From Felis catus (Eukaryota): DNA of 64,000 bases. The stretch lies in NCBI RefSeq assembly GCF_018350175.1, contig NC_058369.1, positions 29,450,001-29,514,000 of the forward strand, given 5' to 3'. The stretch's first letter is position 1, and every line of letters begins with the position of its first letter. Below, one piece after another: positions 12,302 to 25,007 of the stretch. The position numbers and the translations under genes are program-made. The notes beneath the pieces are model-generated. The model saw only the letters and a list, made by a program, of their open reading frames with translations. It was not told where the DNA came from and did no database searches.

Positions 12302-12538
12302 GGGGCGCCTGGGTGGCTCAGTCAGTTACGCATCTGACTTCAGCTCAGGTCATGATCTTGCGGTTCACAAGTTCGAGCCCTGCGTCGGGCTCAGGGCTGA
12401 CAGCTCAGAGCGTGGAGCCTGCTTTGGATTCTGTGTCTCCCTCTCTCTCTGCCCCTCCCCTGCTCACACTCTCTGTCTGTCTGTCTGTCTCTCTCTCAAA
12501 AATAAATAATAAAACACTAAAAAAATTAAAAAAAAACT
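12302..12538 (+). mobile_element. CanSINE
   Basis: Canonical; TSD TAAAAACTTT(AT)AAGTG. Confidence 0.95.
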
Positions 12539-12699
12539 TAAAAACTTTAAGTGTAATGAAGGTTAATCTAGTGGAGACTTTCAAAAAGAGTGATAATCTT
12601 CTTTTTCAGAATAATTACACTTTAAATACATTTTAGTATTACTGTTTTAAAATATTTAAAGATGCTTGTATGTTTTAATCATTAGAATACTATTGATAA

Positions 12700-12875
12700 T
12701 TTATTATGTACCTGCCATGTGCCAGGCATTGTTTAAGACCATATGGACACTTTCTTTCCGTAAATCATAGAATAATTTTGTAGGAATGAGTAAATTGAGT
12801 TCCAAGGCAGGATTATCTAGGAGCTCACATCACATTGTTACTGAATCACAGAGCTGAGATTCAAACTCAGGTCTG
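12700..12875 (-). mobile_element. MIR
   Basis: CCATGTGCCAGGCATTGT...GAGCTGAGATTCAAACTCAGGTCTG. Confidence 0.6.
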
Positions 12876-13127
12876 ATTTTTAAATTAGTATTTAAAATCA
12901 TAGAATGTCACAGGCAAGGGAAAAACACAGCCATCATGAAATAAAATCTTGTTGTTTTTTGTTTTTTTTTTTTTGAAGTAGAACATCACTGTCTTTTTAC
13001 CCCTAAGGATCCTAACGATAGTCATCAATACATATTTATAGCATTAGGTGAAAATTTTATGGGGAACTTCAAAATGAATGTATGGATAGTGCTAACACCA
13101 ACTAAGGTACAGATTAATCTTGAAATT

Positions 13128-13577
13128 GTTTTTATGATTTATTGAAGTATCGTTGGCATACAGTTTTATATTAGTTTCAGGTGTATAGCAGTGATTTGAC
13201 AATTGTGTACATTACGAAATGCCCAGCATGGTGAGCATAGTTACCACCTTTCACTATATAAGGTCATTGCAGTATTATTGACTATATTCCTTAGGTTCTA
13301 CTTTTCATCTCTGTGACTTATGTATTTTGTCACTGGAAGTTTGTACCTGTTTACCTTCCTCATCTATTTAACTCATCCTCCCAACCCACCTCCCCTATAG
13401 CAACCAGCATTTTGTTCTCTGTTTTTGTGAATCTATTTTGGCTTTGTGTTTGCTTTGTTTTTGTTTTTTAGATTTCACGTGTAAGTGACATCATATGGTA
13501 CTTGTCCTTCTCCTTCTGACTTCTTTCACTTAGCATAATATGCTCTAGGTCCATCCATGGTTTTGCAAATGGCAAGA
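13128..13577 (-). mobile_element. L1 3' end (L1MA9/carnivore-type), 5'-truncated
   Basis: TATTGAAGTAT.GTTGGCATACA...TTAGTTTCAGGTGTATAGCAGTGATT...TTTCACTTAGCATAAT..TCTAGGTCCATCCATG..GCAAATGGCAAG. Confidence 0.88.
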
Positions 13578-14317
13578 ATAAAATTTTACTTCTTTCCATA
13601 CCTCTGTCCCCATTTTTCTCCTTCCTTGAGCTATGGAAACTTTGTTCAAGTAAACTCTTACAGGAGCCCCAACAGACAAAAGGAGAGCTTCTTGCTTGAG
13701 GCTATGGTAGGCAGTCTATACTAATAGCCAGTAGGCCCCGAGGGGTTTGATTTGTCAACCACTGAACTGGTTAAGACTTTTTGGTTTGTTTGTTTGTTTG
13801 TTTTTTTTTAATGAGCAAGGAAATTTAAGAATGGCCAGGCTGGTGAACGACCAGCATCTTGAATAGTTGTAGAACTAATGACCTGAACACAACGATTTAT
13901 CTTGTTTTGTGTCCTCAATTTTGATCAATAGAACACGTCATTTGTAACTTACATTCCTTTTGAAATTTAGTAAACTCCGGAAGAACAGGGAAACATTTTC
14001 GTTTGTAGATCAGTTCATAAAATCGTGCATGGGTGCTTTGTCACGTTACTAAAGATGTCGAGACACAAGAGAAGATACTGTATGTCTATCTTGGAGTGAA
14101 AAATTCTGCCTCGAGGCAGGATGTGAAATTGAAACAGTTGGGCAGAGTGCTGGGTTGAGAAGAGGATCCTTTCCTAAATTTTAATTATGCACCCCCCCTG
14201 CCCCCCATCATCATATCCCATCTTGTTGATATTTGGTCTTGTCCTTTCAGCTGTCACGGACTCATGATTCTGCTCTACCATTGGTTTTTTCCCCCTAGGG
14301 CATAGAAGTATAGCTGA

Positions 14318-14870
14318 TTTTTTTAAATTAAAATATTTGAGATAACTAATACTTCACCTGTCATCGTACTCTTTTCCTGGTTAACTGAGAAATGGTTTTC
14401 TCCAGTAGGTAACATTTTTGCAGAACTGTAGGGTAATATCACACCAGGATAGTGACATTGATACAACACACCTATCTTAACCCAGGTTTCCCTGGCATTG
14501 TTGTACTCGTTGCTGTGTGCCTGTGTGTGTCCACATGCACATGTGTGCATATTATATTCTGTCCAATTTTATCACCTGTGTAGGTTCATGTATCCACCAC
14601 TGTAGTGAACAGTTCCCACACCAGATGGATCCCTTGTTTTGCCCTCTTTTTTATCCACACCCACCCACCTCCTATACTCCTACCCTTATCCCTAACTAAC
14701 CCCTGTCCCCGGCAACCACCACTTTTCTAAAATTTTGTCATTTCAAAATGGTGTAGGAATAGGATCATAGAATAAATACTCTTTTGGAATTGGCTTTTTT
14801 CACGCAGTCTGGTTTTCTAGTGAATCACCCAAATTATTGAATACATCAATAAGTGGTTTGTTTTCATTGC
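14318..14870 (-). mobile_element. L1MB-type 3' end fragment
   Basis: TTTTCTCCAGT.GGTAACATTTTGCAGAACTGTAG...GACATTGATACA...GGCAACCACC...TTTTGTCATTTCAAAATG. Confidence 0.85.
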
Positions 14871-16851
14871 CAATTAGAAAAATAGGGACTGTTGTTTTAA
14901 GACGATCCATTAGGAAGCAAGCTTTCATTATAATAGTTTCAGTGACATAAGGTGTCAAAGGCAGGTTTTTTGCTATAATTATTGTTCTCCAGAGTGTCCA
15001 CTGAGCAGCTTTTTTTTTTTTTTTAAGTTTAAAAAGAAGGCTGCACAGACGTCTCTCCTTGAAGCTTTTGTCAAACTGGGGGCCTAAAACAAAATCCCAC
15101 AAAGACATCGATCAAAGATACCATTGTAAGAGGAAGTCCTTGAGGGCAGAAAATGCTGTCTTCCTTTTACTGGCTTGCCATAGTTGGCTGTTAGTGAAGT
15201 CCTGTCCTTTGTCTTCAAAGCTTTGGAGAAATGCTCCACATAAAAGAAAATGATGCAGGGCCACCAAAGGGGCTTGTCTTTGTTTTTTGTTTATGAGGGA
15301 AAGTATTGTTCTCTGCTATTGGCAAAGTAATTTTCAGCTCCAGGTGAGCCCAGATCAGTCACAGTGGTTTTCACAGGCCTTATAGGAAGGGCTAGTGTGG
15401 TGTTAATTAGTCAGGGAGAGCATGTGTTGGCATATTGGATCAGTTTGGAAGTTCCTTCAGTAGGCTGGGGCACTCCTCAGCTGTCATGGCATTAGAAGGC
15501 AGTTAGTGCACGTGGGTGCCTGGCGCTTTTATTGTGTTACTTAAATTTTCTGCTTCTGCTATGTATCCTGACGGTACGGTGCATTGCTGCTTGAGACGTG
15601 CATTATGAGTTGTGAAATTAGATGGAAAGAATTTTATAGGGGCAGAATTAAGATCGGACACAAGCAGAGGGTGAAGGGGGTAAATGTTCTTTAAAGTTGT
15701 ATCATCGTGTAATAAATGCACTGAAACTTTTTTGTATGGTCACCTAGAATAATGGTCTCCCTTGAACTTTGGCCAAGGAGCCATAATTAGTATAAGGGTC
15801 TAATTAGAGTCTGATGCTAATTACTGGCAATATTGGTAATGCGGGTGTAGCCCAGACTGAAAAGAACGGCAGAATACTGTTACCATTTACTTACCTGGGC
15901 TTCGTTTTCTAGGCCTGCTCATAAAAACCCATTTCAGGGGATTTCCTTCCTATTTCCTTAGCTTCTGCCTGCTCCCGGCTCAGTTTGTATCTCTGCAAAG
16001 ACTCGAGGTAGTTTATGAGTAAGTTCTAAGCTCTTTGAGCCTGATATTTAACCTCTCTGGGTCTTAATTCCCTCCCTTGTAAAGTACAAGATGAGATTTC
16101 ACTTGATGACCCCCAACTCCCCTCCCAGTTTTAGCGGTCGACCAAATCTGTGAGTCTAAATTCTAAGACCGGCCGCCTTTATCTGGCCTTAGAGCCGTGA
16201 GACAGTGGAAGCCTGGAATTTCTTGTTTGGACTCCGGAACTGCCTGTGTGATGAAAGGGGCCAGTCTCCTTTGGTTTCTGGTGTTTAGGGTCAGGCACAG
16301 GCGAGGTGCTTCACACCAGCTGTGGGATGAGCTGCCAGTGGACTGGTGCTGTGGACTCACCTTCCTTCACTGTCTCCCTTAGGATGCTTTCACCTGTCTC
16401 ACCTGCCTCGGTGATGTCAACGCAAGCATTTAGGTGGTGGGCATGGAAGTGTTCACTAGCAAATTCTTCCAACGTTGTTGTATGTTTGAACACTTTTATA
16501 AAAACACATAGGAAAAAGATCAAGGGGGAATGTCATTGCTTACACTTCGGGAGCAAATCAAAGTGTGTGTTTCGCTGCAGGTCCCTATAGCCTCCGTTCA
16601 ATTCCTGGCCTTCTCAGGCTCTTCTCCAGGGTTTTCCTGTGGAGTGACAGATGTCTACGGGGCAGGAATTTGTAGTGAGGGAGGGAGGCCCCCATCTTTA
16701 CCATCTCTGCTTCTTTGCTGTGCGAGGCCGTTTATCCCTGTTTGTCAGCATGGGGGCTTGGATTCTCCGTCACACCTTCGGCAGTATGACCCTGGGCTCC
16801 TGAGACAGGGCTCTCCTCCCTCCTGCTCTTTGCAAGCCTTGTATGAGTTTT

Positions 16852-16877
16852 TGTTGTTGTTGTTGTTGTTTGTTTGT
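16852..16877. repeat. (TTG)n / (TTTG)n short tract
   Basis: Read directly. Confidence 0.85.
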
Positions 16878-17104
16878 TCAGGTAACCATTCGATTCTAAA
16901 CATATCACTTAAATCAGTAAAAGGAAAGGCCAGCTCTGTGTGTGTAGTGAGCACACGATTCACCTTTCCCCCCACTTGCGTTCAAAGAGAATTCAGCCGG
17001 TTAAGGGAATCACCCAGAGTGAACCTCAGAGTTGCCTGGTGTACTGAGCAGAATTCATTTATCAATGCCAAGTCTGAACAAGCTGCCCAAGGTTAGGTTC
17101 GTGC

Positions 17105-17320
17105 TGGTTAAGGAAGATAGCAGTGGGGCCAGATAGCTCAGGGTTGGAATCCGTGACCTCACCCTCTCCTAAGAACTGAACCCCCAGTTCTTCTCATTTG
17201 TAAAATGTAAGTAAAATTACTTGCCACATGGGATTTTTACGGGAACAAAATAAATAGTTCCTATAATATTCTTTTGCACCTGCATTGATAATAACCAATA
17301 AATGTTACCTGGAGTGGTAG
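17105..17320 (+). mobile_element. MIR
   Basis: GGGTTGGAATCC...TTCTCATTTGTAAAATG...CAATAAATGTTA. Confidence 0.55.
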
Positions 17321-18319
17321 AATTCTTCCTGGCACTTAATTAACACCTATTCGATCATTTCGCTCCTTTATTTATTTACCGAGAATTTCATTCAACACCC
17401 CAGGAGACCAAGGTGTTCTATCTCACAGACACATGGGGACTTTGTCCTGTGACACTGATCTACAAAGATGTCCATCTTTGATTGGTAAGTAGATAGTGCT
17501 TCTCTTGACCTTTGATTGCTGGGTGTGGAGGTTCTCAGCCCAATTGTAAGCAAAAGATCTAAGCTGAGCATCTCAAGGATTCTAGGAGAATTAAGGCAAA
17601 TCCCAGGAGTATTAGGAAACCAGAGTCATTTGCTTATCACTTGATCTTTCTCTAACCAACTATCAAGTTCAGCTTTGCATGGTGAACGAAATTTGTTTCA
17701 GCTCTTAATTTTTCACCTTGTCGCCATAATCCTCTGGGTGCCATTGGCGTCTTTAAACTGGTTCACCAGTCACCCAGAGTGTTTAATAACCCAGGCATTG
17801 TAAGGTTTCCTCTTCAACATCTGTGCTTTGGAAATTGAGAGGAGACCACAGTTTAGGAAATCACTCAGAAGGAGGCAGGGAGGATCACGGGATCCAGCTC
17901 TTTGTAATGTGTAGTGACTGTGTTCTCATTTTTACCAGATTGTTCCACGGCTATTTGATGGTTCTGCAGAAGCTCTGTCATGAGATTTTGGTGTCTTGGA
18001 AGGGTCCTCCGTGTCAGCATGCCGCTGTCACACAGGCACATTCATTTGTTCCGTTTACCCACGCTGAGACCATTTTCCGTTTTCTCCGTGCAATGCAGTG
18101 TGCTCAAGCATTAGCTGCATCTGGGCATCCAGAGACCAGGGGTCACTTTGGTGACCATTGGGGATGATGGTGCTTTCGTGCAGAGGGAGCCTGGGGAATG
18201 TGTATATAAGTAGGGTATTTGTGGGGTCAGATTTGATGCAGATCAGAATGCTGGCGTTCAGTGTCTGTTCTCCACTCTATCCTCGTCAATCATATCCATA
18301 CACAACAGTAGTGATGGTT

Positions 18320-18535
18320 AACAGTAATGATAACAACAGCTACCAGTTAAAGAGCTCTGTGGTTTGGTCATCTCATTTAATTCTCCAGAAATCCCATGAG
18401 GAAAGTACTATTTCCCACCCCCCACCCCCCATTCTCTAGTGGAGAAAACTGAGTACTAGCGGTCTCAGTCCAAAGCACCTGTCTTGTAAGTGGTGAAGCC
18501 AAGATTCAAACCCAGCCCGTCTCTACCTGGTACTC
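18320..18535 (-). mobile_element. MIR
   Basis: ATCTCATTTAATTCTC...CCCATGAGG...GGAGAAAACTGAG...AAGTGGTGAAGCCAAGATTCAAACCCAG. Confidence 0.75.
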
Positions 18536-20174
18536 GAGTTTGTACTGACTGAGCATCATCCCTATTATTCTCAGCGGTGGCATAGGCAGAGTTAGGAGTG
18601 ATGTCCTCATACAGATGGCCTCCTACCTGAGCATAATAAAATCATCGTATTTTGGACGTGGGCACCCCCCATGCTGACAGGGCAGGTGGCAGCAAGCTGT
18701 TTCCACCATGTGAGCGTGGCAGAGCCGCTTGCCTTGTCACTGACTACGTTCTCCTTTCTTCCCGCCTGTGCGGCCCCTCTACTGTGACCAGATTTCCTAG
18801 CCCACTGCCCCACGATAAGATGTATTTCCTCCAACAGCCATGTAGCCAGAGCACCGCAGAAGGCGTGGGGTGTTGGAGCGGGGTTATTTTCTGCTGGCTT
18901 TATCTGTACTCCTCTAGGAAATGCCTTGATTCGGCAGTTGTTCGGAAGGCACTGACATCTAATTATCATCCTGTGGGCTACTGCCATAACAGGCTGAGAG
19001 TCAAGTGAGCCCTGATACGGGCTTCCTTTGCCAGTCAGAGCCACTCTGGTTTGTTGATAGGTGTCATCGTTAACTCTTTTGATCGGCCAACATAAGGACA
19101 TTGCAGAGGCTCCGATCCGTCAGTTATAAATGAACGAGGAAACACCTGTGGTACAGGTGATTCATAAAAATACCACCCCCACTGCACCCAGACTGCCCCC
19201 CATCCCTTTTAGGGACATTGCCTCCCATTACTTTCATTGGATATCATTTTATTATTCTGCACTGTCTATTGAACACCTGTACTTCCCTTTCTCCAGTTTT
19301 GATGCACACCTAGAAATGCTGTTCATTTGCCCACGGTAACACACACTTCTAATCCCACTTCACCATGGGTCTGGCGTCACGGAGGAGCAGAAGGTGACGT
19401 CGGTTTGGAATTGGAAGTCTTCTGAACCCCTATCCAGGCTGGCGTGCGATTGGGGCTGTGGCTGAGGACCAGAAGGAGAAAGGGGGAGCGTGTCCCCATT
19501 TTAGAACACCTGGCTGGGGGTTGGGGGGGAGAGTTGGGCATATAGTTCCTTCTGTACAAATGACATTTATTCAGAGTTTTCCCCTCTGGAACGGGTTGCT
19601 CTTTTATCCTGGAGGAGACTTGTGTTTGTATGGACGAGATACCCAGGGAGTGCCAGGGCCTGAGTTCAGAGGAAGGTTTGACAGGAGATTCAAGGCTTCC
19701 TGGTGGCCGTGAAGAGCCATCTGCCTTTGAGGCAGACGTCGCTCTTTCTCAGATTGCCCGGGATTGCGAAGGAAGCTCTCCAGATGGCCTCCTGGCCCCA
19801 GAAGTTCCTTCTGGAGCTGAGCTGGGTTTTCTTGTCGCTGTGATTCAGCAACAGCAGGACTTGATGGCGCCCCCACCGGGTGCCTGGCATGGCCTCATAC
19901 CTCCTGCCTCCCACAGTCTGCAGCCCTCCTCCGTGGCCAAGGAGGGACTACATGTGGAGGCAAAGCAGCGGCCCCCATTGAGCTGCGTGGTTGCCTGAAG
20001 AGCGACTGGTTAAATGGGTAATTGACGGAAACAAAAAGCCAAGGGAAGTGGGTCCCTGCTGAGTAGCTGGTGAGTTAAGGGGCTGTGTGGAGACAATGGG
20101 GCTGAGGTTGGTAACCTTTCCAAAAGGTGAGTCTCTCCCCATCTCTCCTTTCTCCTCATTGTGTTTCATAATAA

Positions 20175-20345
20175 TAACTCTTGGCTTTTTATGAGCTATA
20201 ACTAAGCTCTTTACGCCCAGTATTCATTTGATCTTTTCATGACAATTGAATTCATATTAAAAACAGGGTAATTGAGGCCCAGCGATATTAAGGGAAGTGT
20301 TCAAGGTCATGCATTTTGGTAGGTGACGAGGCCTTGGGGCAGCTC
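20175..20345 (-). mobile_element. MIR
   Basis: TTCATTTGATCTT...AATTGAGGCCCAG...TTCAAGGTCATGCA. Confidence 0.5.
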
Positions 20346-20497
20346 TCTGGAACTCTACCCTGGCCCTCTTCCACATCTTTCTCTGTAGCTCTCTTCCTCC
20401 CTTCCTTGGAGATTCCTGAGTACCCGTCCTGAGCCAGGTGGTAAGGGTGTTCCAGACATAGGGGGCATAGGTCTTTCCTTAAGAAACTCAAGATACA

Positions 20498-20719
20498 GGG
20501 GCGCCTGGGTGGCGCAGTCGGTTAAGCGTCCGACTTCAGCCAGGTCACGATCTCGCGGTCCGTGAGTTCGAGCCCCACGTCGGGCTCTGGGCTGATGGCT
20601 CGGAGCCTGGAGCCTGTTTCCGATTCTGTGTCTCCCTCTCTCTCTGCCCCTCCCCCATTCATACTCTGTCTCTCTCTGTCCCAAAAATAAATAAACGTTG
20701 AAAAAAAAAATTTAAAAAA
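20498..20719 (+). mobile_element. Very young CanSINE (SINEC_Fc-type)
   Basis: Diagnostics GGCGCAG, TTCAGCCAGGTCACG, TCTGGGCTGATGG, GTCCCAAAA; perfect 17-bp TSD AAGAAACTCAAGATACA. Confidence 0.97.
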
Positions 20720-22634
20720 AAGAAACTCAAGATACATTTGTTGGGGACAAACAAATGCTTCTGACCCTTTGTAAGGTGAGGGCAGCCCAGAGCTGTGTTG
20801 GACCCCTTTGGTGAATTCCCACCTGAGCCTGCTGCCTGCAGTTGGGTTATAAAGTTTGAGTGCTGCAGGGAGTCTGAGGGCCTGGAACCGAGGTGGCTTG
20901 AAGCACCATTCTCCGGGTAACCCAGAGCACGAGATGCTGGTGTGGTTCCCTTCCTCTGTGGCTGTCCTGTAGATGTAGGGCTGGTTAGGTACACCCTTGT
21001 GCTCCAGGTCTCCTGTTTCTCTCCGTCTTCCTCTCGCTGCCCCCTGCTGTCTCCCTCCCCGAAATGAAGAAGTACAAAGGAGAAGAGAAGGGACGTGTCT
21101 CGAGACCTGGTTTGTGCCAAGCGCTGGACTGGGCATTTAAAATGTCGTGTCCCATCATCCTCGCACAAACTCTGTGCGCTGGATCATGTTCTATCTTGTC
21201 TCGTGGTGAAAGAGTCCTGGGATCAGAGAGGCTGAGGCAGCTTTTATGTCTTTCTTTGTTCCCAATCCTCTCGTGGTTCCTTGCCTCTCAGAATAGATTC
21301 CAGAATCCCCGAGTTCCAGAAGAAAGGCCTTATATAATCTTGCCCGTGGTTATCTGACTTCGTTTCCTACCGCTGTGCCCCAGCACCCTGACCTCTCTGC
21401 TGATCCCGGATTTGCGGTACGCTTCCACCTGGGGCCTTGGCTTTCCGCGCCCTCTCTTGCCTCCGTCTCTTTTTCCTTGCTCATCGCCCCGTTTCAAACT
21501 CTGTCCTCCTTCTGTTAAACGTTTCTCGTGTGAGTTTGATTTTGAAGGTTTTGATGGGCAAAGCGAACACATTTGGCTTACAGAATTACCCTGAGGCTAA
21601 TTTGTAACAGAACATTGTTTGTGAAGGGATGGATTTTTTGTATGAGTAAGCACAAATAAGGCAAACAATCCAGGGTCAATGTCAAATACTGTTTCTTACA
21701 GCCTTTAGAACTTCCTAGGGCCAGGCTGTCTAGTTCTCGTATTTAGTATTTTAGATTCCTTTGGGCATCAGTCTTCGTACCTGAAATAGACTCATATTTA
21801 ATTCAACATGCACATTTATACCAAGGTCTTATTTGACGACTCACTTAGGTATTTTTTTTTTTTAAAGATTTCAGCAGAATCATAGGGTCTCTGGTCTTCG
21901 GGTTGGTAACCAAGACTTCTCCAAGATCTTTTTTTGGCAGAGCAAGTCTGGTCTCTTGTGTGGCCTCCCAGCTTTGCAGACCGTGAGGAAGATGGGATTT
22001 CGCTTGCTAGTGGTTGTGGCCTTTACTGCAGCAAATTTCAGTTTTGGTCCGAGGTATCTGTCTGTAGTTGGTCCGTTATCACAGCTTACCTGTCAGTTCC
22101 ACGTCAAGCGATGATGCTGTTCATGAGGGACTGGGTTCAGATGATGGACATCACCCACACCTCTGTATATACAGGCTTCCCGCTTCTTTGAAGCATCTCC
22201 ATGTAATTCAGAATTTGTTTTTCTGTTTTGACTTAGGGGTGTCCTTGCACAGATCCCTGGGTGTGGTCCTGTTTTGCAGGCGGCACAGAACAAAACAAAC
22301 GTCTTGCGGTCCGTGTGCAGACCGATCTTTGTGAGAGATTAAATCATGTTTCGGTTTTTCGGCTGGGTGATTAAAAAAATGTCGAAACCGAGAATGGATA
22401 TTTGCTTTTCAGTCAGGCAACTGCACGCTTTTCAGAGTATGCCAGTAGAGTTTTTAATGTGTTTACCTGGGAACGTTCCAGAGCTATCTGTGGTGTGCTC
22501 GATGCCCTGGGTACCATTCTTGATGTTGTCACTTTAACGTTCCTCGTGACACTCTTCTTCTTTTCTATCCCTGGTGCCACCGTAGCCCCCTCCTGCTCCT
22601 CGGCCCCTCCTCCTCCTCATCGCTGATTACTAAC

Positions 22635-23150
22635 CAGGGATTGGTCAACCTTCCCTGGAAAGGGCCAGATGGAAAATACAGTAGTCCCCCTTCTCGGTGG
22701 TTTCACTTCATCTTATCCTGCAGGGATTTTAGCATCTCACATCATCATAAGAAGAAAAGTAAATACAGTACGATAAGGTATTTTGAGAAAGAGACACATT
22801 CACATATCTTTTATTATAGGGCCCTGTTACAGTCATTCTATTTTATTATTTTTGTTGTGAATTTCTCACTGTGCCTAACTTAGAAATTCAGCTGTATCAT
22901 AGGTATGTATGGGTAGGAAAAAGCACAGTATATATAGGGTTTGGTACGATCTATGGTGTCAGGCATTTACTAGGGGCTTGGAACACAGCCCTCAGGGGTG
23001 AGGACCACTGTTATTTTAGACTTCGTGCCCCCATGGTTTCGGTTCCAGCTACTTAACTCTGCTCCTGTGGCACCCAAGTAGCCACGAGACAACACATAAA
23101 TGAATGAGGGGGCTGGATTTGGCTTGTAGAATGCAGTTTGCTGAGTTCTG
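22635..23150 (+). mobile_element. MER58A-like hAT-Charlie MITE split by a MER44-like insertion
   Basis: CAGGGATTGGTCAACCTT...AAGGGCCAGATGGAAAATA | TATTTTAGACTT...CTACTTAACTCTGC...GCCACGAGACAACACATAAATGAATG...GCTGGATTTGGC...AGTTTGCTGA..TCTG follows recalled MER58A consensus on both sides. Confidence 0.7.
22679..23010 (+). mobile_element. MER44A-like (Tigger7-derived) MITE
   Basis: TA + CAGTAGTCCCCC left TIR, internal TATTTTGAGAAAGAGACACATTCACATA...ATAGGTATGTATG, right end GGACCACTG. Confidence 0.8.
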
Positions 23151-23789
23151 ACTTGGGGGAACGAAGTAACTTATCCTAGAATATATAGCTAGTAGTGCCG
23201 GGGCTAAGATTTGAATCCTTGCTACCCAATTCTTAAGACTCTGTGTTGAACCTTTGAACCTCTGTGCACTTTGCAGAAGACCTTTTGGACTGTTCATCAG
23301 CTCATCTGAGCCTTCCCCTTTTCTCCTAAGAAAATGTGGTTAATAGTATTTTTTAGGGTTATTTTAATAATCAAATAATACAGTATAGGAAAGGCGCTAT
23401 TACTTGAATGAATAGCGCCATTATGTAGAAACTAAAACAAGTCTTAGATAACTATTAAATAAAACTTTTAATCTGACTTATAATTATTGAAATGCTAATT
23501 AGTGGATGGAATTTCACTTATTAATGTTATTGAATAAAAACACAGATGTGCCTATTTATTAGCCTTTGTACATCAAGGAATATGTTGATCAAATAAATGT
23601 TTCAACTATTTACAGAGATCTTTCTAGCTTTTCAGAGTTTATTCCTTCACTGAGCTCAGACTTGTTACCCCCTCCCTTGTCCCAGGGATCAATCAGGTAA
23701 TGTAAAAATAATATGCCGCTTACAGCATTCTTATGCAAATTAATATTGTTATTATTATTATTTTTTAATGAAAGGGTAGCAGCTGTGTG

Positions 23790-24275
23790 GGTAAAGTGTC
23801 TCACGGCTGTTCAGCTTGATGAGACATATGCTAATATGTAACCACTACCCAGGTAGATGCAGAGAATATTTCTAGCACCTTGCAATGATTTCCTTGCACA
23901 TCTTCCTTATCTATATGCTGCCCTCTCCCAGAGGCCACCCCTGCTCTAATTTCTGTGACCACTGATAAATGTCTGTTCTCGATCTTCCTATAAATGGAAT
24001 CATATGATAGGTACTTTCGTGTGCCTGGATTTTTCTCTCGGCCTATCTGTGAGATTTTTGTTTATGCAGTTACGTGTACCAGTAATGTGTTCTCTCTTTT
24101 TGCTCTGTTCTATTTCATTGTATGTTTGTACTACAATTTAGTTATCTATTCTTCTGTTGATGGGCATTTGGGTTGTTTCTGGTTAGAGGCTATAGTGAAT
24201 AAAGCTGCTATGAATTTAAGTGTAAATACTATCTTTGTGGACATGTGCGTTTTTATTTCTCTTCGATATATAAAT
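23790..24275 (-). mobile_element. L1M (L1MC/ME-type) 3' fragment
   Basis: TATAAATGGAATCATATGATAGGTACT...TTCTGTTGATGGGCATTTGGGTTGTTTC...TGAATAAAGCTGCTATGAA. Confidence 0.85.
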
Positions 24276-24397
24276 GTTATTTATTAGAGGACATTGGAGT
24301 GTTTGTATTTGTGGGTGTTTAAGTGCCATTGTGAGAGTTTTATTCCAATTATGTCCACATTAGGGCTTTAAGGATAAAAGCGCTTAAATATGTAATT

Positions 24398-24634
24398 NNN
24401 NNNNNNNNNNNNNNNNNNNNNNNNNNNNNNNNNNNNNNNNNNNNNNNNNNNNNNNNNNNNNNNNNNNNNNNNNNNNNNNNNNNNNNNNNNNNNNNNNNNN
24501 NNNNNNNNNNNNNNNNNNNNNNNNNNNNNNNNNNNNNNNNNNNNNNNNNNNNNNNNNNNNNNNNNNNNNNNNNNNNNNNNNNNNNNNNNNNNNNNNNNNN
24601 NNNNNNNNNNNNNNNNNNNNNNNNNNNNNNNNNN
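24398..24634. other. Assembly gap (237 N)
   Basis: N run. Confidence 1.
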
Positions 24635-24747
24635 AGCAGGCTCCATGCTGTCCACGCAGGCCCGATGTGGGGCTCAGTCAGTTCCACAGACTGCAAGATC
24701 ATGACCTGAGCTGAAATCCAGAGTCGGATGCTTAACCTAGGTGCCCC
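24635..24747 (-). mobile_element. CanSINE, oldest member of three-SINE stack (tail in gap)
   Basis: AGCAGGCTCC...GAAATCCAGAGTCGGATGCTTAACC[deletion]TAGGTGCCCC. Confidence 0.9.
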
Positions 24748-24760
24748 TCAAGTATCTTTT

Positions 24761-24994
24761 ATCTTTTTATATTTCTTATTTAAAAAAATTTTTTAAATGT
24801 TTATTTTTGAAGGAGAGAGAGACAGAGCGTGACTGGGGGGAGGGTCAGAGAGAGGGGGAAACACAGGATCCAAAGCAGGCTCCAGGCTCCAAGCTGTCAG
24901 CCCAGAGCCCGATGTGGGGCTCGAACCCACACACCATGAGATATGACCCAAGCTGAAGTCGAATGCTTAACCGACTGAGCCACGCAGGTGCCCC
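24761..24994 (-). mobile_element. CanSINE, middle member of stack
   Basis: Flanked by TCAAGTATCTTTT at 24748 and 24995. Confidence 0.95.
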
Positions 24995-25007
24995 TCAAGT
25001 ATCTTTT

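Noticed and set aside
15028-15125. Exon-like segment (poly-T AG ... CATT|GTAAGA)
   Set aside because: 98 nt, unrecognised peptide, acceptor produced by a homopolymer run; insufficient support.
16530-17096. Longest non-SINE ORF (188 aa) and overlapping ORFs at 16.1-20.2 kb
   Set aside because: No recognisable domain, a microsatellite-derived LLLLLL, overlapping ORFs on both strands and no matching splice structure: expected chance ORFs in GC-richer sequence.
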